DNA from: Anaeramoeba ignava BMAN
Lineage: Eukaryota > Protista > Anaeramoebae
Assembly (NCBI GenBank): GCA_028826165.1
Contig: JAPDFW010000072.1
Span: forward strand, 124,001-188,000
Direction: 5' to 3'
DNA: 64,000 nt
Positions 1 through 26,100 of this stretch are shown here, in pieces. A program made the translations under genes and the position numbers. Each line of letters opens with the position of its first letter. Position 1 is the first letter of the stretch. The notes beneath the pieces are model-generated. The model had not been told where the DNA came from, did no database searches, and saw nothing but the letters and a program-made list of their open reading frames with translations.

Positions 1-716
1 ATTCTAATTATAATTTTAATTTTAATTCTAATTTTAATTTTAATTCTAATTTTAATTTTTAATTTTAATTTTAATTTTAATTCCAATTCCAATTCTAATT
101 ATAATTATAATTTTAATTTTAATTTTAATTTTAATTTTAATTTTAATTTTAATTTTAATTTTAATTTTAATTTTAATTTTAATTCTAATTCTAATTCTAA
201 TTTTAATTTTAATTTAATTCTAATTCTAATTCTAATTCTAATTCTAATTTAATTCTAATTCTAATTCTAATTCTAATTTATAATTTTAATTCTAATTTTA
301 ATTTTAATTCTAATTTTAATTATAATTCTAATTCTAGTTTTAATTTTAATTTTAATTCTAATTTTAATTTTAATTCTAATTCTAATTCTAATTCTAATTC
401 TAATTCTAATTTTAATTCTAATTTTAATTCTAATTATAATTTTAATTTTAATTTTAATTCTAATTTTAATTTTAATTCTAATTCTAATTTTAATTTTAAT
501 TCTAATTTTAATTCTAATTTTAATTTTAATTTTAATTTTAATTCTAATTCTAATTCTAATTCTAATTTTAATTTTAATTTTAATTTTAATTCTAATTCTA
601 ATTATAATTCTAATTCTAATTTTAATTTTATAAATGAATTCTAAATTTAATTTTATAAATGAATTTTAATTTTAATTTTATAAATGAATTCTAAATTTAA
701 TTTTATAAATGAATAG
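1..716. repeat. (AATTTT/AATTCT)n microsatellite filling an intron
   Basis: Degenerate hexamer repeat ending at a TAG acceptor in frame with the downstream ORF. Confidence 0.85.
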
Positions 717-3199
717 GAAATCTGTACGATCCAAAAAAAATGAAAAATAATTCCGAAATTATTATCAATTCTGCAAATTTAAAAAATCATTTCCAAAACG
801 CAAAAAATTGGGATAAAAATAAAACAAATACTTTCATTGAAAAAATGGATAATTTCCGCAAAAAAGAAAAAGAAAAGGAAATGGAATCAATTCTTTTAGA
901 AGTTTCAAAAATGTTTGTTCAAGAAAATCCTGATTCAAAATCAAAAGATGAATCAATTCAAACAATAGAAAAAATTTACAAAGAAATTGAGGATTTATTT
1001 GATCCAGAAATAAAAGACTCAGAAAATCAACCAAATTTATTAAGTCTTTATAAGCTTCTTGTTTTGGCAATCGAGAAAGAACTGAGTGATAAACAAAGAC
1101 TTTATTACACTTGCTTTGAAAACTATTGTTCAATGAAGAAATATTTTGAAGAATCTAAAAAAACAACAGATTTCATAAATTTAAAGTCAGATTTCCCAAG
1201 TTTAGAAATGAAGGATGATTTGAGAATTATTATAAATGCAAAATGGACTTCTGAACAACTTGAATCTTTAAACAAATTATTTCAATTTGGAAGTGATTTA
1301 AAATGCAATTCAAATGATCCAATCGAAAATTATAAACAATTTTTAGTTAGATATAATCTTGAAAAATTTCTTGCAAAAGAAAAATCAAATTTACTCTCCA
1401 TTTCAGAGCAAACAAAATATAAAGTACTGGAAATCGAAGACGAAAAAGAAAAGAGAAAATCAAAATCAATATCAAAGAGCAGTTACAAAAAATTTTCGAA
1501 AGATTCAAAAATTAAGAAATATATTAGTTTTAATAAATCAGCTTGCAATTCCAAATCATCTACTGAATTCAAAACAAAATTTGAAGAATGGAAATTTAAT
1601 ACAAGCGAATTACCTTCATTTACATTTCAAGAAATTGCCCGAATAACTAGTCTTAAAGAACAAAAACTCAAATCAAGTAGTGTTGAATCAAAAATCGATG
1701 CTTTGGAATTGGATAAAATTGATCCAAAATCATTTTTCTCAGACAAAAACTGGTTTAAAAAATCACCACTTTTTACTCCTGAAAAAACAATCATTTCCAA
1801 AAAAACAATCTCAATTCCAAAAAAACAATCCTTGAAATTGGTTCCTTATCTTGTTCTCAATCATCCTAATTTAATCAAAGTGAAATCTTTTTATGAAACT
1901 TCAGATTCAATTGAAGTAAATTTGGATTCGGATTTACAACTTACACTTGCTGAATATAAAAAACTTTCAAATTACCACGAAGATTTATTTTATTTTTATT
2001 TAAAGAAAGCACTCGAAGTTCTTGAAAGCCTTACATTTGATTCAATTTATTTCTCCAAAATTAGATTGGATGACATATTGATTGATTTTGATACTGGATC
2101 TGTTTTAATTCAGAATTTACATAATTTCCAACTTCCTGGAATTGATGAAGAAAAATATTTATTCAACAAAGAAACTGAATGGAATATTTTCCCAGAACTT
2201 AAAAAAGATGAGGAATTCAAACCAAGGATTGAGGAAGTTTTACCTAAAGATTCAAAACTTATTCAAAAAAAGCAGATCAAATTTCTTCTTGGATTTGATA
2301 CATTTTATCCAACAATTCCACAACCTTTATATTGGAATAAATCCAAAAAATACGTTAAAGAACCACTCAAAACAGATTCCGAGATTTATCGAAAAATTTA
2401 TTTATCAGTTTTTGCCACTTTTGAAAGTCTTAATTTCAATAGAATAACACCATTTTTTAAGATTACATCAATAAGTAGAATTCAAAAATTAAGAAAATGG
2501 GCAAATTATCAAATGAAAAAATCTGAAATTTCAAATCAACTCATTGAAAATCAAATTGAAATTCAACCTAATTATAGTCTTAATAAAGATTTCTATTGTG
2601 AAGGTTTAATTAAGTCAAAAGAAAAAGATACCCATCTTAATGAAGTTTATTTGTTTCACGGCAAAAGATTCAATCACAATCAACATGAATTATCAGAATA
2701 TATTGTTCAATCTTTTCCTCAAGTTCCCAAAATTTTCAACAATGAAATGAATCTTTTTTTCGATAATTTTGGATTATCCGATTTTTATTCAATTTATATT
2801 CCGAAAAAAGAAACAACATCAAAATCAGAAACAATATCAAAAACAAATTTTATTTATGTTTCAAGAGTTTGTTTGGGTTCATTTACCGCTTTTGATAAAA
2901 ATTCTAATTCTAATTCCAATTCCAATTCTTTTTATTATAATGTGAAAAATGATAGTTATTCTAATGATTCCAAAATATTTATTGTTCAAGATCCAAATCA
3001 ATTTTATGATGAATTCGAAATTGGATATCAACTTAATTTAACCAATTCTTTTTCACAAGAAACTCCCAAAATAAGCAAACCAAAAAATTCTAAAATTGAA
3101 AAAATAAAGACCAAAAATATAGTTAGATCTGATTCAGAATCAATAAAAGACAAGTTGAAATCTGACAATAAAAAGAAAAAGGGAAATAGAAAGAAATAA
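717..3199 (+). CDS. 3' exon of a large protein with a degenerate protein-kinase-like region and a C-terminal PARP/ADP-ribosyltransferase-like domain; 5' end lies upstream of the window
   Basis: ORF 740-3199 reads open back to an acceptor aatag| at 716 after a microsatellite intron. Kinase-like segment LNHPNLIKVKSFYE...IYFSKIRLDDILID lacks HRD/DFG. PARP-like segment KITSISRIQ...NEVYLFHG...YVSRVCLG...FIVQDPNQFYDEFEIGY. Confidence 0.55.
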
Positions 3200-3951
3200 T
3201 GATATCAAGGAATTTCCAAATCACAATTTAATTTCAATTTCAATTTCAAAATCAATTTCAAAATCAATTTCTAAATCAATTTCTAAATTAATTTCAAAAT
3301 CAATTTTAATTTCTAATTTAATTTCAAAATCAATTTTAATTTCAAAATCAATTTTAATTTCTAAATCAATTTTAATTTCTAAATTAATTTCAAAATCAAT
3401 TTCTAAATCAATTTTAATTTCAATTTTAAAATCAATTTTAATTTCAATTTCTAATTTCTAAATCAATTTCTAATTCAATTTTAATTTCAAAATTAATTTT
3501 AATTTCTAAATTAATTTTAATTTCTAAATTAATTTTAATTTCTAAATTAATTTCAAAATCAATTTCTAAATCAATTTTAATTTCAAAATCAATTTTAATT
3601 TCTAATTTAATTTTAATTTCAAAATCAATTTTAATTTCTAATTTAATTTCTAATTTAATTTTAATTTCAAATTTCAAAATCAATTTTAATTTTAATTTTA
3701 ATTTCAAAATCAATTTTAATTTTAATTTTAATTTCAAAATCAATTTTAATTTCTAAATCAATTTTAATTTCAAATTATTCTTTCTCTTTTTTTTTATTGA
3801 TTTTTTTTTTTCGTCTTTTCATATTTTTTTTAAAAGAAAAATAAAAAAGAGAAAGAAGAAAATTTTTTTTTTGCTTTTTTTTTTTTCATTTTTTTCATTT
3901 TTTTTCTATTTTAAAAAACAAAACAAAAATCAAAAAAAACTTTTTTAAAAA

Positions 3952-15291
<11,340 letters not shown>

Positions 15292-15504
15292 AAAACAATT
15301 CAAATTTAAAAATTAAAAAATTAAAAAATTTCTCTTTCTTCAATTATTTCAAAAATTTTCTTATTAAAAAAAAAAAAGAAAGAAAATAAAAGAAAAGCCA
15401 AAAAAAGAAAAGAAAAATTTTTCAACTTCTTTCAAATTTTGATTTTGTTTTTTACTTGATTTGTTAATTAACTTTTGAGAGAAAAACAAAATGAGAAATT
15501 TTAG

Positions 15505-17493
15505 TTATTTTTTATCTGATTGAATAGGGGTTGAGGGATCATAAACATATTTAACATCTCCTCTAGAATTCCAAATAGTATAATTATCAAAGACCAAATT
15601 TCGTTCAACAATAATAGGAATTCTAGTTGCTTTCCCACCAGATTTAAAGATGATGACTTTTTGATCAATATTAGCACCGCTGAAGGTATAATCGGTGTTT
15701 TTGAATCTGATCTGAGTAAAACAATTTTCATGAACAAAAAAAGGATCTTGCGGAATTTCATCAACAATTTCTGTTGAAGGTTCAAAAGAAATTGTGCCTT
15801 CAAGAACATATTCAGGATCGAAATATTTCCCTGTGAATTTTTTAGTGATTAAGTTCCATTTAATTGTGTTTTTGTTTTTGTTTAAAGAAATGGATCCTGA
15901 TTTTTTTGTTAATTCATAACTAATTATTTTTCCTCGATTTTCAAATGGAAGTTTTGCTTCGAAATACTCGAAATTATTAGGGATTTGATCGTAATTTAAA
16001 ACAGAAAGCTTTAGTGTTATTTCCATTTTGTTTTGAGCTATTACTCTTGCTTGATATATTCCTTTTATTGGTATTTGTGTTGATTGTTTTAGTTTGTATT
16101 CACATAATTTAAATTTTTCATTTGAAGGCGGTGTAAATCTTATATGTGAAATCTTTTAATTTCATAAATGAATTTTATTTAATTTTAATTTTAATTTTAT
16201 AAATGAATTTTATTTTAATTTTAATTTCATAAATGAATTTTAATTTTTAATTTTAATTTAATTTTATAAATTGAATTTTAATTTTATAAATGAATTTTAT
16301 TATAATTTTTATCCGATTTTAATTTTATTTTATTTATATTTTAATTTATAAATTGATTTTAATTTTAATTTTAATTTTAATTTTAATTTTAATTTTAATT
16401 TTATTTAATTTTAATTTTTTAAATGAATTTAATTTTAATTATAATTTTAATTTTAATTTTAATTTTAATTTTAATTTTAATTTTAATTTTATTTTAATTT
16501 TAATTTTAATTTTAATTTTAATTTTAATTTTAATTTTAATTTTAATTTTAATTTTAATTTTAATTTTAATTTTAATTTTATTTAATTTTGATTTTATAAA
16601 TGAATTTTAATTTTAATTTTTAATTTTAATTTTAATTTTAATTTTCAAATTTTAAATTATACTTTTGGTCCTTCTTGAGAAACTTCAACAGATTTATCAA
16701 CAGCAATATATTCAATTTGAGAACTAAACAAAGAATCAGTTTTTGCATTTGGAGAAGAATTAATAATAGAAACAGCAAGACTTGTAGTTCCTTCTAGTAA
16801 AGCCTTGCAAAAAATATTTCCAAAAACAACAATTTTATCGAAAATCTTTTCTTTTTCTCGATCGTATTGAACACAATTAATATGTTCCTGAACTGATAAA
16901 TGAATGGATTGTTTTCCTTGATAAAGAAATGGTTTCCAAACAGGAATTCTTGATTTCAAATCTTGATTGACAGGAAAACCTTTTTTCAAGATATCTTTGA
17001 TATTTTTAAAGGAATCATCATTTGGAGATCCAAATGGAATCATGTATGAAAAAAGATAAATTAATTCTGCAATTTGTTCTCCTTTTAATTGAGTTAATTT
17101 TTGTTTTGAAATGAAATTTGATATTTTTTCCAAAAATGATAAAGTCATTGAAATTTCCGGAAATCTTGATAGTGATTTTTCAATCTCTTCTTTTGATTCT
17201 TCATTCTCGTTAAGAACTTGAACTTCTGGAATGGAAGCAAAGTAAAATGAGTCTTTTTTAAGGAGAACAATTGGCCAAACATTTTCAACTGAAATTACTG
17301 GTGTAAAACTTAATATTTCAGGTTTCTTTGTAAACTCGCTTTTTAACATCTCAGAAATCTCTTGGTTCGAAGGAATTGGATGATAAGAACTTCCCTTCAT
17401 CTTTCTTACTCGAGCCTCAACTGTTGAAAAGTGTCGTGAAAATACAACTGTTAAATCAGTTGATAAAATCCATACTGCTCTTAATGAAAACAT
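15505..17493 (-). CDS. AP5M1: AP-5 complex subunit mu (adaptin medium chain, MHD domain), 2 exons
   Basis: N-terminus MFSLRAVWIL...VVFSRHFSTVEARVRK, PVWKPFLYQGKQ, FTPPS and YTFSGANID fit AP5M1. Exons 17493-16663 and 16152-15505. Confidence 0.85.
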
Positions 17494-18042
17494 TTTTTTT
17501 CTTTCTTTCTTTTTCAATTAAATGAAAAAATGAAAAATGAAAAATGAAAAAATTTTGAACTATTTTTTAATTTTAATTTTGATTTTGATTTTAATTTTAA
17601 TTTTAATTTTAATTTTAATTTTGATTTTAATTTTAATTTTAATTTTAATTTTAATTTTAATTTTAAATTTTAAATTTCAAAATGAATTTTAATTTTAAAT
17701 TTAATTTTGATTTTGATTTTAAATTTTTAATTTTAATTTTAATTTTAATTTTAATTTTAATTTTATAAATTGATTTTAATTTTAATTTTAATTTTAATTT
17801 TAATTTTAATTTTAATTTTAATTTTAATTTTAATTTTAATTTTAATTTTAATTTTAATTTTAAATTTTAAATTTTAAATTTCAAAATGAATTTTGATTTT
17901 AATTTTGATTTTGATTTTAATTTTAATTTTAATTTTAATTTTAATTTTAATTTTAATTTTAATTTTAATTTTAATTTTAATTTTAATTTTAATTTTAATT
18001 TTAAATTTAATTTTAAATTGAATTTGATTTTAATTTTTGAGT

Positions 18043-21000
18043 TCAATAATCCTCTTCTTGCATAAATAATGAGGCTTGAGGCGATAAACCACTTTCCAAA
18101 AGAGTTTTATTAAGTTGATCTTTATCATTTAAACTAACTTTAAAATGAAGAACAGGACACAAAAGATAAAAATTATCAAGTTCAGGAACAAGTAGTTCAG
18201 CATAAGTAAAAATATCTTGAACTAAATATTCCTCTTTAAAATTTCTTCTAAATTGTTGACCATTCAAAGTTCTTAATAAAATCTGAACAGTTCCTTTTTC
18301 TCCTTTTTCTGGTTCTGGTTTCAATTCTTTTTCTTTTTGTTTTTTCTTGTTTTCAATTCTTTGACTTCGACTTAATTCTGCTTGTTGTGCTTCTAATTCT
18401 CGTCTTTCTTTTTCTTCTTCTTCTTGATCTCTTAGTTCATCCAATTCAAGTGATTTTGCAAATTCATAATCTTGCTCTTGTCTTACAAGAACACTGCTTG
18501 TTTTTCTCATCATAGCCTTATTATTTAATTTAACTATTGTATATGATTCTTGTATTGATCTGATTTGGAATTCAAAATCAAATGGATTGATATTTCCTAA
18601 TTTTAATTTTATAAATGAATTTTGATTTAATATTGATTTTAATTTTAATTTTAATTTTAATTTTATAAATGAATTTTGATTTTAATTTTGATTTTAATTT
18701 TAATATTGATTTTAATTTTATTTTTAATTTTAATTTTAATTTTAATTTTAATTTTAAATTTAATTTTAATTTTAATTTTATTTTTAATTTTAATTTTAAT
18801 TTTAATTTTAATTTTATAAATAAATTTTGATTTTGATTTTAATATTAATTTTTATTTTAATTTTAATTTTAATTTTATAAATTTTGATTTTAATTTTAAT
18901 ATTGATTTTAATTTTATAAATGAATTTTTAATTTTGATTTTAATTTTTATTTTTATTTTATTTTAATTTTAATTTTAATTTTAATTTTAATTTTAATTTT
19001 AATTTTAATTTTAATTTTAATTTTAATTTTAATTTTAATTTTAATTTTAATTTTAATTTTAATTTTAATTTTAATTTTAATTTTGATTTTAATTTTAATT
19101 TTAATTTTAATTTGATTTTAATTTTAATTTTAATTTTAATTTTATAAATAAATTTTAATTTTAATTTTAATTTTAATTTTAATTTTAATTTTAATTTCAA
19201 ATTTAATTTCAAAATGAATTTTAATTTTATAAATAAATTTGTTAATAATCTTCAAATACCTTGAATATTAGCAAGAATACTAACATTTGCACCATTTTCA
19301 AGAACAAAAAATACTGGAAATTGTTTAATATTCAAGAGATCCTTGAAATAATTTTTAGCTTTTTCTTCCAAAGAATCATAATCACCCATCCAAAAAATAA
19401 ATTCTCTTAAAATTTGACGAGTATTAGAATTTGAAAGGGAATTTTGACAAAAATCAGTAACAAAAGCTTGAGATTCCTCTTTTTCAGTATGTAAATATAT
19501 GGCCAAAGGTTTTGCATCAAATTTTGCTAAAGCTAAACACTTAACAAATGTTTCTTCAGTTATTTGAGGATGAATAGCTCCATATTTATTTTCAAATTGC
19601 GTTAAAAGTTTAGGATTTGTTCCGATTGGTTTTGGTGAAAGTGCAAGTAATTTTGGAATTGTTAACAATTCTTCTTCCTCTTTTGATTTTGGTAAAATTT
19701 CATCAAATGTTAAATATTGGAAATTGGGAATATTTTCAAAATCTTCATATTGATATTGATTTTGATTTTGATTTTGATTTTGATTTTTGATTTTGATTTG
19801 ATTTTTGATTTGATTTTTGATTTGATTTTTTTCTTGCATTTCTTCTTTTTCCTCTTGTTTTTTGTGGTCGAGATTTTGTTCTTGTTATTCTTTGATTCGA
19901 ATACGGTATCATATCTCTTTCACTTTGTTGAACATCTTGGAAAAAAGATGCAAAAAGAAGTAAAGGATTTGTGCCTTTTTTTTGGAATCCGAGCTCTTCA
20001 ATCTTTTTGAATTTAATTTTGAATTTATTTTTGAATTTAATTTTGAATTTATTTTTGAATTTATTTTTGAATTTATTTTTGAATTTATTTTTAAATTTAA
20101 TTTTAAATTTAATTTTGAATTTAATTTGGAATTTATTTTTGAATTTATTTTTGAATTTAATTTTAAATTTATTTTTGAATTTAATTTTGAATTTATTTTT
20201 GAATTTATTTTTGAATTTAATTTTGAATTTATTTTTGAATTTATTTTTGAATTTAATTTTGAATTTATTTTTGAATTTAATTTTAAATTTATTTTTGAAT
20301 TTATTTTTGAATTTAATTTTAAATTTATTTTTAATTTTAATTTTGTATTTAATTTTAAATTTATTTTTAAAATTAATTTTAAATTTATTTTGAATTTAAT
20401 TTTAAATTTAATTTTAAATTTTATTTGGAATTTAATTTTGAATTTATTTTTGAATTTAATTTGGAATTTATTTTTAAATTAATTTTTGAATTTATTTTTG
20501 AATTTAATTTTGAATTTAATTTTGAATTTAATTTGAAATTTAATTTTAAATTTAATTTTGAATTTATTTTTGAATTTATTTTTGAATTTATTTTTAGATT
20601 TAATTTGGAATTTAATTTGGAATTTATTTTTAGATTTATTTTTGAATTTATTTTTGAATTTAATTTTGAATTTAATTTTGAATTTAATTTTGAATTTAAT
20701 TTGGAATTTAATTTTAAATTATTTTTGAATTTATTTTTGAATTTATTTTTGAATTTATTTTTGAATTTATTTTTAAATTTGGAATTTAATTTTAAATTTA
20801 ATTTGGAATTTATTTTTGAATTTATTTTTAAATTTAATTTTGAATTTATTTTTGAATTTAATTTTGAATTTATTTTTAAATTTAATTTTAAATTTATTTT
20901 TGAATTTAATTTTGAATTTATTTTTGAATTTAATTTGGAATTTAATTTGGAATTTATTTTTGAATTTAATTTTAAATTTATTTTTGAATTTAATTTTAAA

Positions 21001-21405
21001 TTTATTTTTAAATTTATTTTGGAATTTATTTTTAAATTTAATTTTAAATTTATTTTTAAATTTATTTTTAAATTTAATTGGAATTTAATTTTGAATTTAT
21101 TTTTAAATTTATTTTTAAATTTATTTTTGAATTTATTTTTGAATTTATTTTTAAATTTAATTTGGAATTTATTTTTGAATTTATTTTTGAATTTAATTTT
21201 AAATTTGGAAATTGATTTTATTGGAATTAATTACTTTCTTATGGTCTTGAAGCTCTCCAACACCATTCGTTAAAATTTGTCTTTGAGGTTCTAATCTTGT
21301 TAATTGAAATAACTTCTGTTTCATTTCCAAAATAGTAGTTTTACCATTTAAAGAAAGATTAAAAACATTAGCATCAAATTGAATTTCAAATTTAAACTTT
21401 TGCAT
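18043..21405 (-). CDS. Ubiquitin-like + UAS + coiled-coil + UBX domain protein (FAF1/FAF2-like p97 adaptor), 3 exons
   Basis: Exons approx. 21405-21235 (UBL: TILEMKQKLFQLTRLEPQRQIL), 20002-19260 (FENKYG...AKFDAKPLAIYLH, UAS) and 18596-18043 (RQEQDYEFAKSLELD; UBX LRTLNGQQFRRNF...TLLESGLSPQASLF). Confidence 0.8.
20003..21234. repeat. 12-bp-unit minisatellite (TTTTGAATTTAT variants) filling a 1.2-kb intron
   Basis: Regular 12-nt periodicity; it generates the spurious LNLF/FEFI ORFs. Confidence 0.9.
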
Positions 21406-21521
21406 TTTATTATTATTATTTTTATTATTTTTATTATTTAGAAATTAAATTGAGAAAAAAAATGAATTTTTATTTTTTTATTTTATTTTTTCATCATTTT
21501 TTTCTTCATTTCAATTTTAAA

Positions 21522-22950
21522 ATGAAAAGAGTTTTTGAAGACTATAAAAATTTATCAGATAATTTAACAACGTTATTTCTTGATTCTGACAACAACGATC
21601 ACGATTTCAAAATTAAAACGGAAGACAAAACATTTTTCTGCCATCGTTCATTTTTAAAGTATCGTTCAGAATATTTTGCGGGAATGTTCCGTTCAAATTA
21701 TCAAGAAAATCAACAAGGCGAAATAACGTTTCCTGACATTTCAACAAAAACAATGGAAAAAGTTTTGCTTTTTCTTTACACTGGAAAAGTCGAAATGGAT
21801 CAAGACAATGCTGTCGATCTGCTGCTAGTTGCAAACAAACTGCTCATTGAAACTTTGAAGAAATTCTGTGAACAATACGTTTCAGCAAATCTTTCAGCCG
21901 AAAACATATTCGACGTCTGCGAAATTGCTGCCCATTTTGCATGCGAATATCTCCAGAAAAAATGCCTTAAATACATCAATATGCACACAGAATCCCTCTT
22001 CAGCCACCGCGGTTTTCTCCAGATTTCCGAGACCCTTATGGAGCTTATTCTCAAATCCGATTTTCTGATGATAAACAAAGAAATCAACTTGCTTCACTTG
22101 CTTGTCAAATGGGGCCAGAAGCAAGCCAAGCAATTTGTCCAAGACAGAGTCAAAGGAATCCAAACAGAGGCGGTGTGCGAAGAAATAGGGCATCTTCTCA
22201 AGTACATTCGCTTCGTCTCGCTGTCGCAAATTGAGTATAATTCAGTTAAAGAACTCAAAATAATCCCAAAAGATTTGGAACCAAAAACTGTCAAAATTTT
22301 TCACCGCTTCAACGGAAGCAAAAAACAAAATGATCGCCGAAGCTGAGAATAATCAGGACCTTGTTTTCTTGCGTCCACGAAGCTCGCGCTACTTCCTCAA
22401 GTCCGTTATTCTTAAAGAATCAAGAGAATATCAAGAAGCAATCCAAAATTGGATCAATGATAAAGAATTTCTTCAAAATATGGAATTGAGATTTACTTAC
22501 GATAAGGACGGCACCCGCGGCGAAGACTTCTATCGCATTTGCGGCGGGGCAGGAAAATCTCTTGTTGTTATACACTCAACCAACGGAAACATCTTCGGTG
22601 GATACACTGTCGTAGGTTGGCCTGCAACCCCAACTAGTAACGCTGTTTATGATCGCGATGCTTTTATGTTTACTTTAAAAAACCCACTTGGTTTGCCACC
22701 TGAAAAATTTTCCGTTATTAACGGAAAAGAAAACATGGCTGTTTACTCAATCTCTAGTTATGGTCCTGTCTTCGGTGGTGGTTACGACCTCTCAATCCAG
22801 ACAGACATGAAAAACGGTAATTTCAATTTCGGTTATACTTTCCAAACTCCTGCTGGTATTACTTATGGATCTACTCAAGCCCAGAATTTCCTTACTGGTG
22901 CTGCTAATTTTCAAGTTCAGAAAATGGAGGTTTTTTGTCAAAAGAAATGA
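21522..22950 (+). CDS. BTB/POZ-BACK-TLDc domain protein, intronless, one apparent frameshift near 22325
   Basis: BTB: FCHRSFLKYRSEYFAGMF...VLLFLYTG. BACK-like helices follow. TLDc: GKSLVVIHSTNGNIFGGYT...AFMFTL...GPVFGGGYDL...MEVF. The frame break lies in an A-run. Confidence 0.85.
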
Positions 22951-23161
22951 TCCTTTTTTTCTTTTGATTTTTTTGATTCTTTTTTTTTTTCCCTAATTCC
23001 ACTTTTTTTTTTTTTTTTTTTCAAATAAAAAACAAATTTTTTTTTTTATTTGAATTTTTTATTTTTTAAAAAAAAAAATATTTCTTTTTCATAAATTGAA
23101 ATCAAATCTTAAAAAAAAAAAGAATGAAAATCCATAAAAAAAAAAAAAAAAAAGATCCAAT

Positions 23162-26100
23162 TCAAACTAATTGAATATCTTTCACTAAGTTTCTCATAAT
23201 TGTATCTGAAACAGAGCGAAAAACATTATCAATATTCTTTGTATTTACGGCACATGTTCTAAACACATATAATTTTCTTGTTCGATTTCCTTGTAAACCT
23301 GATGCTTGAACGAATTTATTCTTAATGAATCGATAAGCTTCATTATAATTATTTGGTTGACCTTTTTTTTTATTTAAATTTAAATTTAATTTTTTATTTA
23401 ATTTTTAATTTTTTAATTTTACCATCATAATCACTAAAACAACTTCTTAAATCTGTTTTTTTAATTTGTTTTTTAAAAAGATCTTTTTTATTCAGAAATA
23501 AAATCATTGAAGAACCTGAAAACCAAACACTTGAACAAATTTCATGAAATAGACTTAAAGCTTCCTATTTTTTATCCGATTTTAATTTTTTATATTAAAT
23601 TTTTTATCCGATTTTAATTTTTTATTTTTAATTTTAATTTTTTTATATTTTTTTAAAATCATTACATGCATTCTATTAACTGTTTCATCTTCTCTAAGTT
23701 TTTGTTCATAAGCTGCTAATGAAGCACAAAAAATAACTGAAGTAACATTATAAAAATAATGAATCCTTTTTTTGTTATAAATTAAAAATAATTCTTTAAA
23801 AAAAAAAGAATAAAAAGAAGAATAATTTTTAGAATATAAACCATTTTCTTCGAGCAGTTCTTTGACCTCCAACATCAATCATTGTAAAAGTAAGATTATT
23901 TATTCTGAAACGTGATTCAATAATTTGATCTGTTCTAATTCTACATTGAAGAATATCTTCAGAATTAGGAGTATATCCATTTTTTCCAATTCTATCTATG
24001 TTATCAAAGAAACTATTTTTTTTGGGATTTTAATTTTAATTTTAATTTATAAATGAATTTTAATTTTAATTTTAATTTTAATTTTAATTTTAATTTTAAT
24101 TTTAATTTTAATATTAATTTTAATTTTAATTTTAATTTTAATTTTGATTTTGATTTTTGATTTTAATTTTTATATTTTTGATTTTAATTTTTTTTAATTT
24201 TAATTTTTAATTTTAATTTTGATAATTTTAATTTTGATTTTAATTTTAATTTTAATTTTAATTTTAATTTTAATTTTAATTTTAATTTTAATTTTAATTT
24301 TTAATTTATTTAGAATTTTAATTTTAATTTTGATTTTGATTTTTAATTTTAATTTTAATTTTAATTTTAATTTTAATTTTGATTTTAATTTTGATTTTAA
24401 TTTTAATTTCAATTTTAATTTTAATTTTAATTTTAATTTTAATTTTAATTTTAATTTTAATTTTAATTTTAATTTTAATTTTAATTTTAATTTTAATTTT
24501 AATTTTAATTTTAATTTTAATTTTAATTTTAATTTTAATTTTAATTTTAATTTTAATTTTAATTTTAATTTTAATTTTAATTTTAATTTTGAATTTAATT
24601 TTGATTTTGATTAAATTATTTACTAAGGAGCTGAATCATTTAATTGAAATTGAAGATGTCTTTGTTCAAAAGTTTCTTTTATTCCTTCATCTTCCCATAA
24701 ATTTTTGATCCATTTTGCTATTTCTTCATTCATTACAGAATCAGTATATTCAAGTTTATCAATTCCATTTGCAGCTTCCTTTAAATTATTTAAAAAGCAA
24801 ATTATTATTATTAAAATGATATTTAATCATTTTAAGTCAAAATAATGATTTTTTTTTAAAGTAAATCAATATCAAACTTGATTAGAAATATTTTTTTTTA
24901 ATTTTCGAGATTCTTCAACAAGAATTTTCATTTGTGAAATGCAATTGTTGAAAATAGACGGTTTATTTTTTTCAATTTCATCATCTGAAAATTGTCCATC
25001 TTGTAAAATTCTCATTTGTTTAAATAATGTACTTTTTCCAGATTCACCAGCACCTAATTAAATTAATATTAAATTAATTATAAAATTTATTATAAAATTA
25101 ATTATAAAATTGATTATTAAATTAATTATAAAATTAATTATAAAATTATTTATTAAATTAATTATTAAATTAATAATTAAATTAGTTATTAAATTAATTA
25201 TAAAATTAATTATTAAATTAATTATTAAATTAATTATAAAATTAATTATTAAATTTATTATTAAATTAATTATTAAATTAATTATAAAATTTATTATTAA
25301 ATTTATTATAAAATTAGTTATAAAATTGATTATTAAATTAATTATAAAATTAGTTATAAAATTAATTATTAAATTAATTATTAAATTAATTATAAAATTA
25401 ATTATTAAAATTAATTATTAAATTAATTATTAAATTAATTATTAAATTAATTATTAAATTATTTATAAAATTAATTATAAAATTATTTTATAAAATTATT
25501 TATAAAATTAATTATAAAATTATTTATTAAATTAATTATTAAATTTATTATTAAATTAATTATTAAAATTAATTATAAAATTAATTATTAAATTTATTAT
25601 TAAATTTATTATTAAATTAATTATAAAATTAATTATTAAAATTAATTATAAAATTAATTATTAAATTTATTATTAAATTTATTATTAAATTAATTATAAA
25701 ATTATTAAATTAATTATAAAATTAATTATTAAATTAATTATAAAATTAATTATAAAATTAATTATTAAATTAATTATTAAATTATTTATAGAATTTGTTA
25801 TTAAATTAATTATTAAATTTATTATAAAATTAATTATTAAATTTATTATAAAAATTTATTATAAAATTTATTATAAAATTTATTATTAAATTTATTATTA
25901 AATTTATTATTAAAATTAATTATAAAATTTATTATTAAATTAATTATAAAATTAATTATAAATTAATTATTAAATTAATTATAAAATTTATTATTAAATT
26001 AATTATTAAATTAAATTATAAAATTTATTATTAAAATTAATTATAAATTTATTATAAAATTTATTATAAAATTAATTATAAATTAATTATTAAATTAATT

